Positions 23,988-34,834 of a DNA stretch of 64,000 nucleotides are shown here, one piece after another. Below the pieces are notes generated by a model. That model saw nothing but the letters and a program-made list of their open reading frames with translations. It searched no databases and was not told the DNA's origin. Position 1 is the stretch's first letter; each line of letters opens with the position of its first letter. The position numbers and the translations under genes were made by a program. This stretch comes from Octopus sinensis (taxonomy: Eukaryota), in NCBI RefSeq assembly GCF_006345805.1, contig NC_043021.1:9982001-10046000 (forward strand). Reading direction: 5' to 3'.

Positions 23988-26579
23988 TTAAGACTGGTAA
24001 TGATAATTGTGGTGATGGTAATGGTGATGCTGACAGTGGGAACAATGAAAATGATAGTTATAATGGTATTGTTACAGATGAGTTCCTCATTGTCATCATT
24101 TAACATCATCATCCTCCAATGTCTCTTTTCCATGCTGGCATGAGTTAGACGGTTTGACTGAGACTGGTAAGCCAGAGAGCTGCACCAGGCTACGACTATC
24201 TCTTTTGGCATGGTTTCTGAAGCTGGACGCCCTTGCTAATGCCAACCACTTTACAAAGTGTACTGGGTGTTTTTCACATGTCACTGGCATGGGTGCCTTT
24301 TATACCATGTCACTGGCAATGACCACAATTCACTTAGCTTGACATGTCTTCTCAAGGTGTGTGTGTGTGTGTATGTATTTGTCCTCTCACCATCGCTTGA
24401 CAACCAATGCTGGTGTGCTTATGTTCCCGAAACCTAGCAGTTCGGCAAAAGAGACCAATAGAATAATTACTAGGCTTACAAAGACTAAGTCCTGGAGTCG
24501 ATTTGTTCAACTAAAGGTGGTGCTCCAGCATGGCCACAGCCAAAATGACTGAAACAAGTAAAATAGTACTGTTATGAAAAGGGAGGGACACACTGTATCA
24601 CACGGTCCTTTTAGGACTGGGTGGTCATAGCTAAAACATCTCTGATCATAAGAGTAATCTGTCAGATTGATCAACTGCTAAACAACAGTATGCAATCTAG
24701 TTACCATATCTTTTACTTGTTTTAGTCATTAGACTGTGGCCATGCTGGGGCACCACCTTGAAGGGTTTTAGCTGAACAAATAAACCCTAGGACTTATTTT
24801 TTTTTTAAAACCTAGTATTTATTTTATCAGTCTTTTTTGTTGAACTGCTAAGTTATAAGGATGTAGGTACACCAACACCGATTGTCAAGCAGTGGAGGGG
24901 GACAAACAGGGGCACAGAATGCATGCATACATACATATGTACACACACACACACACATGACAGGCTTCTTTCAGTTTCCGTTTACAAAATTCACTCACAA
25001 GGCTTTGGTTGGCTCGAAGCTATAGCAGAAGACATTTGGCCAAGGTGCCACGCAGTGGAACTGAACCTGGAACCATGTGGTTGGTTAGCAAGCTTCTTAC
25101 CACACTGTCACACCCACACCTAATATGCTACACTTGTATCACCAATGCGAATGAAACATCCTCCGATGATGATCTCAGTAACACTAATACACAACCACCA
25201 CCCTCATTAAAAGAATAATGCTACAGCTCACTCACTCATCCTAAAACCTCCACAATTTCTGATAATGTTTCTTAATAACCCTCCACACACATAACTATGA
25301 CTGCTTTACAAAGACTAGCCTTCTTCTTCAGAATCAGGAAATATTTCAGCTCTGATCCACTGCCAAGCCTCAATTTACAAAGCTTGTCTACAACCCATAG
25401 AGAAATATTTGATTGCAGATCTGAGGCAGTAGACCTAGTTGCATACATGCTTGTGTAGAAGTTAGCTGTTTAATTCACATCTCAAGGGAATTCAGTGTTT
25501 TGTGATATGAAATTAATATTCTCAAGAGGATAATCCCATTAATTAGTATTATTAACTGATATTTGTATATGTGTATATATATATATAGATGAGTGTATTT
25601 TTCCTTGTTAACAATTGACATGGAAAAAAATAGATAAATAGATACCAGAGTAGCAAAAAATCACACAAGTAAAGAGGTTGGAACTCCTTGTTTTTAAAGG
25701 TAGAAACTTCAGGTTTACGTGGAATTTTTTGTATAATATATAAATAAAAAAAAGGGAGTTTAACGCAGGTATAATTCAAATACTTTTACTTCCGACACAT
25801 GTTTCGAAGATTTCACTGGTATTATTCCAAAGGAATAAATGGTGTAAAACAACGTAATCTTATCTTCAGGGAAGTGAAGAAAGGAAACTCATCAATAAAG
25901 CATTTTAACAGAAAATGATGGATATCTTTCTCATTTTCTTCCAGTAGTCCTTGTAGTCCAGGAAAATGGCAGGGATGCTGTCTTTCTTCGTCTATGTTAA
26001 TCAACAAATAAATAAAAGTGAATTTAAAAAATGCTGTGGAGCCAAAGTTAAACTTAGGTCAACAGTCTAGTTTCAATTTTCAGTCACACTATATTTATCG
26101 TCGTCGTGGCACTCCATCGGTTACGACAACGAGGTTTCCAGTTGATCTGATCAACGGAACAGCCTGCTCGTGAAAGTAACGTGCAAGTGGCTGAGCACTC
26201 CACAGACAAGTGTATCCTTAACGTAGTTCTTGGGAAGATTCAGCGTGACACAGAGGGTGACAAGGCTGGCCCCGTCGAAATACAGTTACAACAGGAACAG
26301 GAAGAAAGAGTGAGAGAAAGAGTACACTACCCTCTGCCAGAGGCTCGTGGAGCTTTAGGTGTTTTCGCCCGACCTGGGAATCAAAACCACGATCCTACGA
26401 CCGCGAGTCCGCTGCCTTAACCACTGGGCCATTGCGCCTCCACTCTCTACTTATAAATAATAGCTTTCAGGAAGGCATGAGTAAGAAACCTCATTTCCTG
26501 TCTATCTTAAATCTGAAACTCAGTGCCTATGTAAATCGATATGTTACTAAAAATATACAAAAATAATTGTGCACATCTT

Positions 26580-26730
26580 CACTTAAAAGCCACAAATCTC
26601 CGCATTGAAAGGTCACAGCTCCGGGTGTGATGGGATTAGAATGTCGCAGAAAAGAGTCACAAGATGGATTCTTCAGACTGGACCAACGAGCAGGAGACCT
26701 AAGGGGTAGACCAAAGCCAAGGAGGCGTAC
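26580..26730 (+). mobile_element. RTE-type LINE fragment
   Basis: Frameshifted LRIERSQLR...RMSQKRVTRWILQTGPTSRRPxGRPKPR. Confidence 0.6.
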
Positions 26731-28276
26731 ACCCGGAAAGTGTAATGAGTTGTTTTTGATAGGACCCTATAGAGGAAATGCATGAGGTTTCTACCCACCG
26801 CCCCCAGAAAATGTAGGCAAAGAATAATAATAGATGAAAATGGAAGGCAGCAAGCTGGCAGAAAGTTATTAGCATTCTGGACATAATGCTTAGCGGCCTT
26901 TTCTTCTGGCTTTATGTTTTAGGTTCAATTGTTACCGTAGTTGACTTTAACATGTATCCTTTTGGGGTCTATAAAATAAGCCGAATACTAGGATCAATGT
27001 AATCGACTTCCCCCTCCCCTCAAAAACTACTGGCCCTATTATTATTATTGTTAAGTAAGAGAACAGCGCATGCCATCAAAGTGCCACTGGGTACAAATAT
27101 ACGAAGCCCAATATACCCATCATGATTACCCGTCTGTGCACAGGGCGGTGAGCTAGCAGAATCGTTAGTACGCCGGACGAAAGGCTTAGCTTTTATCTTT
27201 ACGTTCTGAGTTCTAATTCCGCCGAAGTCTACTTGCCTTTTATAGGTTGATAAAATAAGTACCAGTTGAACACTGGGGTTGATGTAATCGACATATGCCT
27301 CCCCAGAAGTTGCTGGCTTTGTGCCAAAATTTGTGGAAGCTGTTTTCAGTTGAGTATGTCTACCTTATAACTAAGAACTTGCTCGGTCGGCTAGAAATAG
27401 CAGGCAGCTCTCCTTAGTCTTACATTATATTTGAAAATTAGAGTGGTCATAACAGGATAACTGGAACGCCTTCTAATTAGCCAAGCACTTGCTATTTCGT
27501 GGCCGAGTGCACAAGTTAAAATCTATCTGGCTGTTGGGGCAATTTATTTGAAGAATATAGCTGACTATATTGACTTCGTTACTTGTACTAAGTCAAACCA
27601 GACCTCAGTATTTCAAATAACAACCAAATGTACCACAAATTACACCCTGTGGTATGTGAAAAAAGAGATTAAAAGCATATGGTGGGAAGTAGCGTAGTTA
27701 TTCGATATTTTACGTCAATTTAATTTGAAACATGCCGGCCCGAAAAACCAACTTTGTGGGGGCGAACTTATGTGCTTCGATTAAAACTCCGCTTATAGTC
27801 TTTTAGATAAACTATTCCCCAAAACAGACAAAATAAAGTTGCTGTGGTCACTACTGAAGCAACAGGCTGACCTCGACCGGGGGTTAAATAACAGAAACTT
27901 TTTCTTGTATGCGTACAAGGTAGTAACAAGTAATGGTACAATGTTTTACGATACAAACAACACCAACGTCCGGTCATCTTGTTGTTGGGGTTCGTTCCAT
28001 TAGCCAACATTTAAAAGTGGGTCGCAACAAAACTTCAGAACTAGTGACGATATTCGGTTAAAGTTTTATAAGTTCTTGAAGAGGGGTCCCGTTCGGGGTG
28101 GCCCCGCGTCAACTCGCTCTGTTCGATGGAGAGACTAAATTGAAAGGATAGCCCAACACTGGAAACAGTTGTTTAATTAGTAAAATAGATATTTCCGCAT
28201 CTTTGAAGTTTTACAGCTGTGTACTTAGGTATTTATTAAACAAACAAATGGTAAAGTTTTTAAACGTGGTACTTAC

Positions 28277-28345
28277 TTTGCGGGGACTAATCCCATGGTA
28301 TATCGCACTTTCCAAAGGGGTTGTGTGTCGGTCTGAATCCGCCAT
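28277..28345 (-). other. Candidate coding first exon or uORF of an unannotated minus-strand unit (MADSDRHTTPLESAIYHGISPRK)
   Basis: Strong Kozak ggcATGG, perfect AAA|GTAAGT donor, and a 118-nt intron with TACTAAT branch point and TTTCCAG acceptor at 28159. No homology recognised. Confidence 0.4.
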
Positions 28346-28425
28346 GCCTCTCTAATTTAATCATGTGATGTTGTCATTAGCGAACGAAAACAAAAGCTAA
28401 ACCAGCACCTGACACCTACACAACT

Positions 28426-28437
28426 AGTCACGTGACT
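28426..28437. promoter_or_regulatory. Palindromic E-box/CLEAR-type site AGTCACGTGACT (plus TCATGTGA at 28361-28368)
   Basis: Exact GTCACGTGAC consensus (USF/TFEB-MITF class) in a unique, CpG-rich segment. Confidence 0.45.
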
Positions 28438-29370
28438 GGCGCTGAACCTGTTGCTCAGCTGGCTCTTCATTATTCTCTCTCAGTTTCACTCACACACACA
28501 TACACACACACGCACATGCATGCACATACACACTCACGCACATACTACACACATAATAATAAAGAAACGACATACTACACACATACATTCTTTAACTTCT
28601 CTCGCACTGTCTCTACCCCCACCTCCCCTTAAATACCAGCTTCATCTATCTCTCCGCGCGGCACATAAACTTGGCTTTCTGCAAGCTAGTTATTGCTATA
28701 AGCAATTATTAATTTCTAAATAGTCGTACTCCCTTTTTTCTTTCTTTTTTTTTCGCTTGTTCTCCCCAAGGGCGCGCACACACATACACGCACTTACACA
28801 AACATCTGCTTTCAAACTTTACACCTGAGTGTATGGTATGCACGAATATTTTTTCTTTGAAATTTATTCAAGCTTTATATATTTGCAGGATTCAAGCAAG
28901 CCGGTCACAAACCAGGCAACAAGGCCTTTTTGTTTTAAATCAAGACAACTCTTGGGGGCTGCTGGCTATATGAATTAGTTAATGTGTACATATGTACAGT
29001 ACTCCTTTTGTCACTATAGTTCTTTAGAAAAATACTCTCTTTGTTTCAATGGATTATCAAAATAGAGAGGAATTTAGTAAAATAACTGTCATTTTTTAAA
29101 CTGGTGTCGAGGCAAAGATGAACCTGAAATTTGTTGGCAGGTTTTAATTTGGATCACTTTAAAATAGAGAATTTATCTGATAGAAACAGAAGTCTCATGT
29201 GGCGAATTCCCGGATTTAGGGGGTCAAATGATACTCTATGTATGTAATGATTCCAAAGCATTGCTTTGTTTGGAGGGTGCCTATTACATTACTAAAACGG
29301 TCCTGTTTATGTGTGTGCATATGTAGATGTATGTATGCAAGTGTGTGTAAATATATATATATATATATAT

Positions 29371-29750
29371 AGGCGCAGGAGTGGCTGTGTGGTAAGTAGC
29401 TTGCTAACCAACCACATGGTTCCGGGTTCAGTCCCACTGCGTGGCATCTTGGGCAAGTGTCTTCTAGTATAGCCTCGGGCCGACCAATGCCTTGTGAGTG
29501 GATTTGGTAGATGGAAACTGAAAGAAGCCTATCATATATATGTATATATATATATGTGTGTGTGTGTGTCTGTGTTTGTCCCCCTAGCATTGCTTGACAA
29601 CCGATGCTGGTGTGTTTACGTCCCCGTCACTTAGCGGTTCGGTAAAAGAGACCAATAGCATAAGTACTGGGCTTACAAAGAATAAGTCCCGGGGTCGATT
29701 TGCTCGACTAAAGGCGTTGCTCCAGCATGGCTGAAACAAGTAAAAGAGTA
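29371..29750 (+). mobile_element. SINE family A, full-length copy
   Basis: Near-identical to 7135-7560. Confidence 0.9.
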
Positions 29751-30204
29751 AATAATCGAAATCAAATTCGATGACTGGCATCCGTGCTAGTGGAGCGCTA
29801 AGAGTACCATACGAGCGTGATTGTTGCCAGAGCAACAAGCTGGACTCCGTGCCGGTGGCATGTAAAAAACACCATTCGAGTGTGATTGTTACCTACATCG
29901 CCTTACTGGCATCCAGCGAGGTTGTTGCCAGTGCGGCTGGACTGGCTCCTGTGCAAGTGGCACATAAAAAGCACCATTTGAGTGTGGCCATTGCCAGTAC
30001 CGCCTGACTGGCCCACGTGCCGGTGGCACATAAAAGCACTTACTACATTCTCAGAGTGGTTGGCATTAGGAAGGGCATCCAGCTGTAGAAACTCTGCCAG
30101 ATCAGATTGGAGTCTGGTGCAGCCATCTGGTTTGCCAGTCCTCAATCAAATCGTCCAACCCATGCCAGCATGGAAAGTGGACGTTAAATGATGATGATGG
30201 TTGC

Positions 30205-30530
30205 TACATGCTCCAGTTTTTTCAACAATGCAAAAGTGTACAGCTGAGATGGTCTCAACAGCTGGATGTCCTGCAGCTGCCACCACCGAGGAAAACATTA
30301 GTTGTGTTCAACACACGATGGATGACAAGTGATTGACTATAAATCAAACGGCCAATGTTATTAACGTGTTCCATGAAAGAGTTGAAAATATTTCGCACAA
30401 TGAATTTAGCATGGTGGTTTCTGTTCAGTAGGTACCATACCTTCTGAGACTTGATCAAAAGGGCACCAGGCAGATCACATCATGGGAAAATCTGGCATTG
30501 TTTGAGACAAATGCAGCTGGTTTTCTTGAA
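30205..30530 (+). mobile_element. Mariner transposase fragment (N-terminal HTH region), pseudogenized
   Basis: ATTEENISCVQHTMDDKxLTINQTANV...ERVENISHNE...xVPYLLRLDQK resembles mariner RP.T.TT.EN...WVPRLL. Confidence 0.75.
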
Positions 30531-31275
30531 CATTTCCTAAATATATGTGTGTGTGTGTGTGTGTGTTACTGTCTTATTACCTTGACTCCATGTGATAGTT
30601 GCAAATGAATGTCACTATCATGGAAGCAGTATTATCCATTTTTAATCTTGCTTAGAAGCACATCAGATGATGGGGTGGAATATACCCTTTCTTGGGAACA
30701 AGCAAGGGTCAGTGACAGGAAAGATATTCAGCCACAGAAAATCCGTCTCAGCAAATTATGTCCGACCCATGTAAGCCAGGAAAAAAAAAACGAACATAGA
30801 ACAATGATGATGATGATGATGAAAATGACGAGCACTTGCCTGAGGTATTTTTTCCCTAAGACACATTATTCACACACAATTTAGTCTCGCCCCCCCCCCC
30901 ATCACCAGTTTTAAAGTTTGGCATTTAATTTGACAGTGAGACAAAACAAGCCAGGCATTCATTACTGCAGAGTCAATTGTCACAAGTAATTGGCGTAGCA
31001 GCCACACAGTTGCAAAACTGAAAGTGGATCAGAAAGCTTTTTTAGTCGGAGTTTTTGTGTAGGCTGGATTTTTATGCTGTAATTATTACAGAGACAATTT
31101 AATAGAGGCGCTCAGAATTTCATTTATGTATCATAACAAAACAATACAGGGATGTTTCCTTTGTGTCTGTTATCAATTATTTGTATTCTTTTTCTGGTTT
31201 TAGTCACTAAACAGCAGCTATACTGGAGCATTACTTTTTTAAGGATTTGGTGGTAGGTAGATTATACTGAATCCA

Positions 31276-31458
31276 GTCCCCTCTATGTTTAGCTGCTTCG
31301 TCTGTCCTCTCTATGTTTAGCCCCTTTGCCTGTCCTTGTTTGTTCCCTCTATGTTTAGCTCCTTTGCCTGTCCTTGTTTGTCCCCTCTATGTTTAGCCCC
31401 TTTGCCTGTCCTTGTTTGTCCCCTCTATGTTTAGCCCCTTTGCCTGTCCTTGTTTGTC
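31276..31458. repeat. 38-bp minisatellite derived from the SINE family B tail
   Basis: (cctgtccttgtttgtcccctctatgtttagcccctttg)n, ~4.5 copies. Confidence 0.9.
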
Positions 31459-31464
31459 TTAGTA

Positions 31465-32955
31465 AGTAGGAGAGCAGACAAATCACAAATCCCTTCAGGT
31501 AGATGGCCCTGCTCTATCTGTAGAAAAGGTGTAGGTATTAACTCCATAAAATGTGCCTGGTATAAGCTACAGACATATAAGAGGTGCAACAATATCAGAG
31601 GAAAGTTAACGGAAAATAGTTTTTGTTTGTGGGAGGTGCACAGGTACAATTAACACCAAAATGTACAGAAAATAGACTCCATCAAATGCCAGGGGGTAAA
31701 ACTAGAAGTACTTGATAGTTTCTGTTACCAAGGTGACCAAGTCAGTAGTGGAGGCGGATGCTCCGAGAGAGTGACTGCTAGAATAAGAATAGGTTGGACG
31801 AAGTTCAGAGAGCTTCTACCTCTGTTGGTAACAAAGGGCTTCGCCCTCAGAGTGGAAGGCAGATTGTACAATGCCTGTGTGCGAACAGCCATGCTACACA
31901 GCAGTGAAACATGGACTGCGACTGCCGAGGATATGCAACGGTTTGAAAGAAATGAAGCTAGTATGCTTCACTGGATGTGCAATGTCAGTGTGCATGTATG
32001 ACAGTGTAATATATTGAGAGAAAAGTTGGGCACAAGTGGCATCAGATGTGGTGCACAAGAGAGATGACTGCACTGTCATATGGTCATGTGATGCGTATGG
32101 ACAAGGACAGCTGAGTGACAATGTGCTGATCTCTAACTGTGGAGGGAACCTGTGGAAGAGGTAGGCCCAAGAAGACATAGGACGAGATGGTAAAGCAGGA
32201 TCTTCAAATGTTAGGCCTCATGGAGGCAATGATAAGCGACTGAGACCTTTGGTGATATGCCATGCTTGAGAAGACCCGAAAAGTCAACAGAAATTGCAGT
32301 CACGGCTGATGCCAGTGTTGCAATAACTGCCACTCATGCTGGTGGCATGTGAAAAAGCACCCTTTGAATGTGGGTGACATGCTGTGCTTGAGAAGACCCA
32401 TCATGCCAAGTGAAACCATAGTTGTGTAGCCAATGCCAGCATTGCATAACTGGCATCCATGCTGGTGGAATGTAAAAAGCACCTTTCGAATGTTGGGCCT
32501 CATGGAGGCAATGACAAGTGACCGAAACCTTTGGTGATATACTGTGCTTGAGAAGACCTATCAAACCAAGTGAGATCATAGTTGTCATTGATGCCAGTTT
32601 TGCATAACTGGCACCCATGCTGGTGGAATGTAAAAAGCACTCTTTGAACTTTGGGTTTCACAGAGGCAGGGAGAAGTTATTGAGACCTTTGGCAATAAAT
32701 CATGCTTCAGGAGACCTGCCAAGCCAAGTGAGTCCATAGTTGAGGCTGATGGCAGTGTTTTGTAACTGGCATCCATGCCAGTGGCACTTAAAAAGCACCC
32801 ACTACCCTCTTGGAGTGGTTGGTGTTAGGAAGGGCATCCAGTTGTAGAAACCATACCAATCCAGATAAGAACTTGGTGCAGCTCCCCAGCCTAACAGTTT
32901 CCAGTCAAACCATCCAACCCATGTAGCATGGAAAACGGATGTTAAATGATGATGT
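31465..32955 (+). mobile_element. Degenerate RTE-clade LINE, 5'-truncated, with Cys-rich module, RT C-terminus, modular 3' UTR and (ATG)n tail
   Basis: RWPCSICRKGVG.NSI.C...KRC; RIRIGWTKFRELLPLL...RLYNACVRTAMLHSSETW; RGRPKKT; ends gttaaatgatgatg. Dozens of short 3'-tail copies of this family occur across the window (e.g. 1465-1730, 5935-6300, 29760-30200, 45680-45855, 63650-63710). Confidence 0.88.
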
Positions 32956-34126
32956 ATGTATATACATACATATATATGTAGGTGTGTGGCCTAGTGGTTA
33001 GGCTGTTGCAGTAATGATTGCTAGATCATGGGTCCCATTCCCTGACTGGTCAGCAAGTTGTGTTCTTGAGCAAAACACTTCATTTCCCATTGCTCCAGCA
33101 CCGCCACATTCGATCAGGTGGGGGAATGTTGGGCTGTTTGCCTGGCGTCATTTTGAAGGCTAAAACAATGCAAAATACATTGTGACCAGCGATGGTGTAA
33201 CATCTGATAGCCTGGTTGGTCATGTGATGTGTGTGTGTGTATGTACTGTTGTTCTGAAATTATGTAATAGTTGTAAACAAGCATACAAACAACGTTCTTC
33301 ATTTCCAGTCTTCTCTAGAACATGTCTGGCCATGGGAGACTGATAAGGGTGGTGAACAACCTCAACAAATTCTGCCTGACCTATGCAACCATGGAAAAAC
33401 GGATGTGAAGTGATGATGATGATATATATACAGTACGTAAAAGCACCCACTACACTCCCAGAGTGGTTGGCGTTAGGAAGGGCATCTAGCAGTAGAAACT
33501 CTGCCAGATCAGATTGGAGCCTGGTGCAGCCATCTGGTTTGCCAGTCCTCAGTCAAATCATACCAGCATGGACAGCGAACGTTAAACGATGATGATGATG
33601 ATATATATATATATACATATACACACATGTTGGACGTCAAAGTGATTACACAGAAACAATGTGAAATATTTGGCTCAAGAATAACACACTGCCTAGTCTG
33701 GGAAGTGAAACCATGATCTCCCAATCATAAGTGTAACATCTTAACTACTAGGCCATGTGCCTTTATTCAATAAACTGATAAAATCCAAATATGTAGTAGA
33801 TTAAAAAAATCCCTTCTGATGTTTAAAGTCTGAAAAACAAAACCAATTTAAGGGAGATAACTCGTATAACATCAATTGATAGAAATTTTTGGACATGACA
33901 GATGACAGATTGGCACCAACTAGTAAAAATAACAGACATATTTCAGTGTTATTAGACCTTTTTAGCAAAGTAATATTTGTGGCAAAGGCAGTACTGAAGA
34001 CTGACGATTTCTCTAAAGCTCTCAAAATGTCATTCTATAGTTGCAGGGACCTGTTAGAGATAGTTCGTCTGTGTGTAAGGATACCAGTAATTCTAACAAA
34101 AACTCCAGTAACTGTTTAATATTCTA

Positions 34127-34132
34127 TTTATT
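34127..34132 (-). terminator. Candidate EIF3M poly(A) signal
   Basis: AATAAA on the minus strand ~130 nt after the stop codon. Confidence 0.55.
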
Positions 34133-34263
34133 CAATAATCCCATTAATATTACAACATACATTTTCTGTTTTTCATTGCTGGAAGAGACTGATGATGGCT
34201 GGCAATCTCTTTCGTCTCTCATGTACATTTTTCTTGTTTTTTTTTCCTTTTCTCTTCCTTCCT

Positions 34264-34454
34264 TTACATCTTTTGTTCAGCACTCAGTGACTGGAGATTG
34301 TTACCAACTTCCTGTAGGTTCAACTGCCACTGGAGCAAGTACTGACGTAACATCTGCCAATGTGCCCGACTAAATGTCCGGTGAATGGTCGAGTTGACCA
34401 ACACTTTTTTCTGCATTTGGTCAATTTTAGCACGGACAGCTTTTGTCTTGAGTA
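34264..34454 (-). CDS. EIF3M: EIF3M last exon ([33 protein letters not shown]...EQKM*)
   Basis: poly-T tract + ctag| acceptor; TAA stop at 34266-34264. Confidence 0.96.
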
Positions 34455-34800
34455 CTAGAAAAAAAAAAAGGGAAAAAAAATATATACATTTCTCAAGATT
34501 GTTGGATTTTGGCACTAGATTAATAGGTTCGTGTTATGCTAGTGGTCTAACTACCAAAGGCCATAGATATGAATTACACTGGGTAACACAATTTTTGTCC
34601 TTGGGTAACAGCTGTTATTTCCTATTTGCTTAGAAAATATGAAAAATGGTTAATATTTCCTTTTATGACATTTATTCAAACCCCAAAGAATCCTCCTCAA
34701 GACATGACTATTATGCTTCTCCACTACACCTGCTCAAGTGGTTAAGGTCAAGCAACTGACAATCAAATCTGTGCTATTGAGCAGAATATTCGCCATAATG

Positions 34801-34834
<34 letters not shown>

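Noticed and set aside
26580-26884. Long minus-strand open frame with a good acceptor (GPIKNNSLHFPGVRLLG...)
   Set aside because: It is the antisense of an RTE ORF2 C-terminal fragment on the plus strand.
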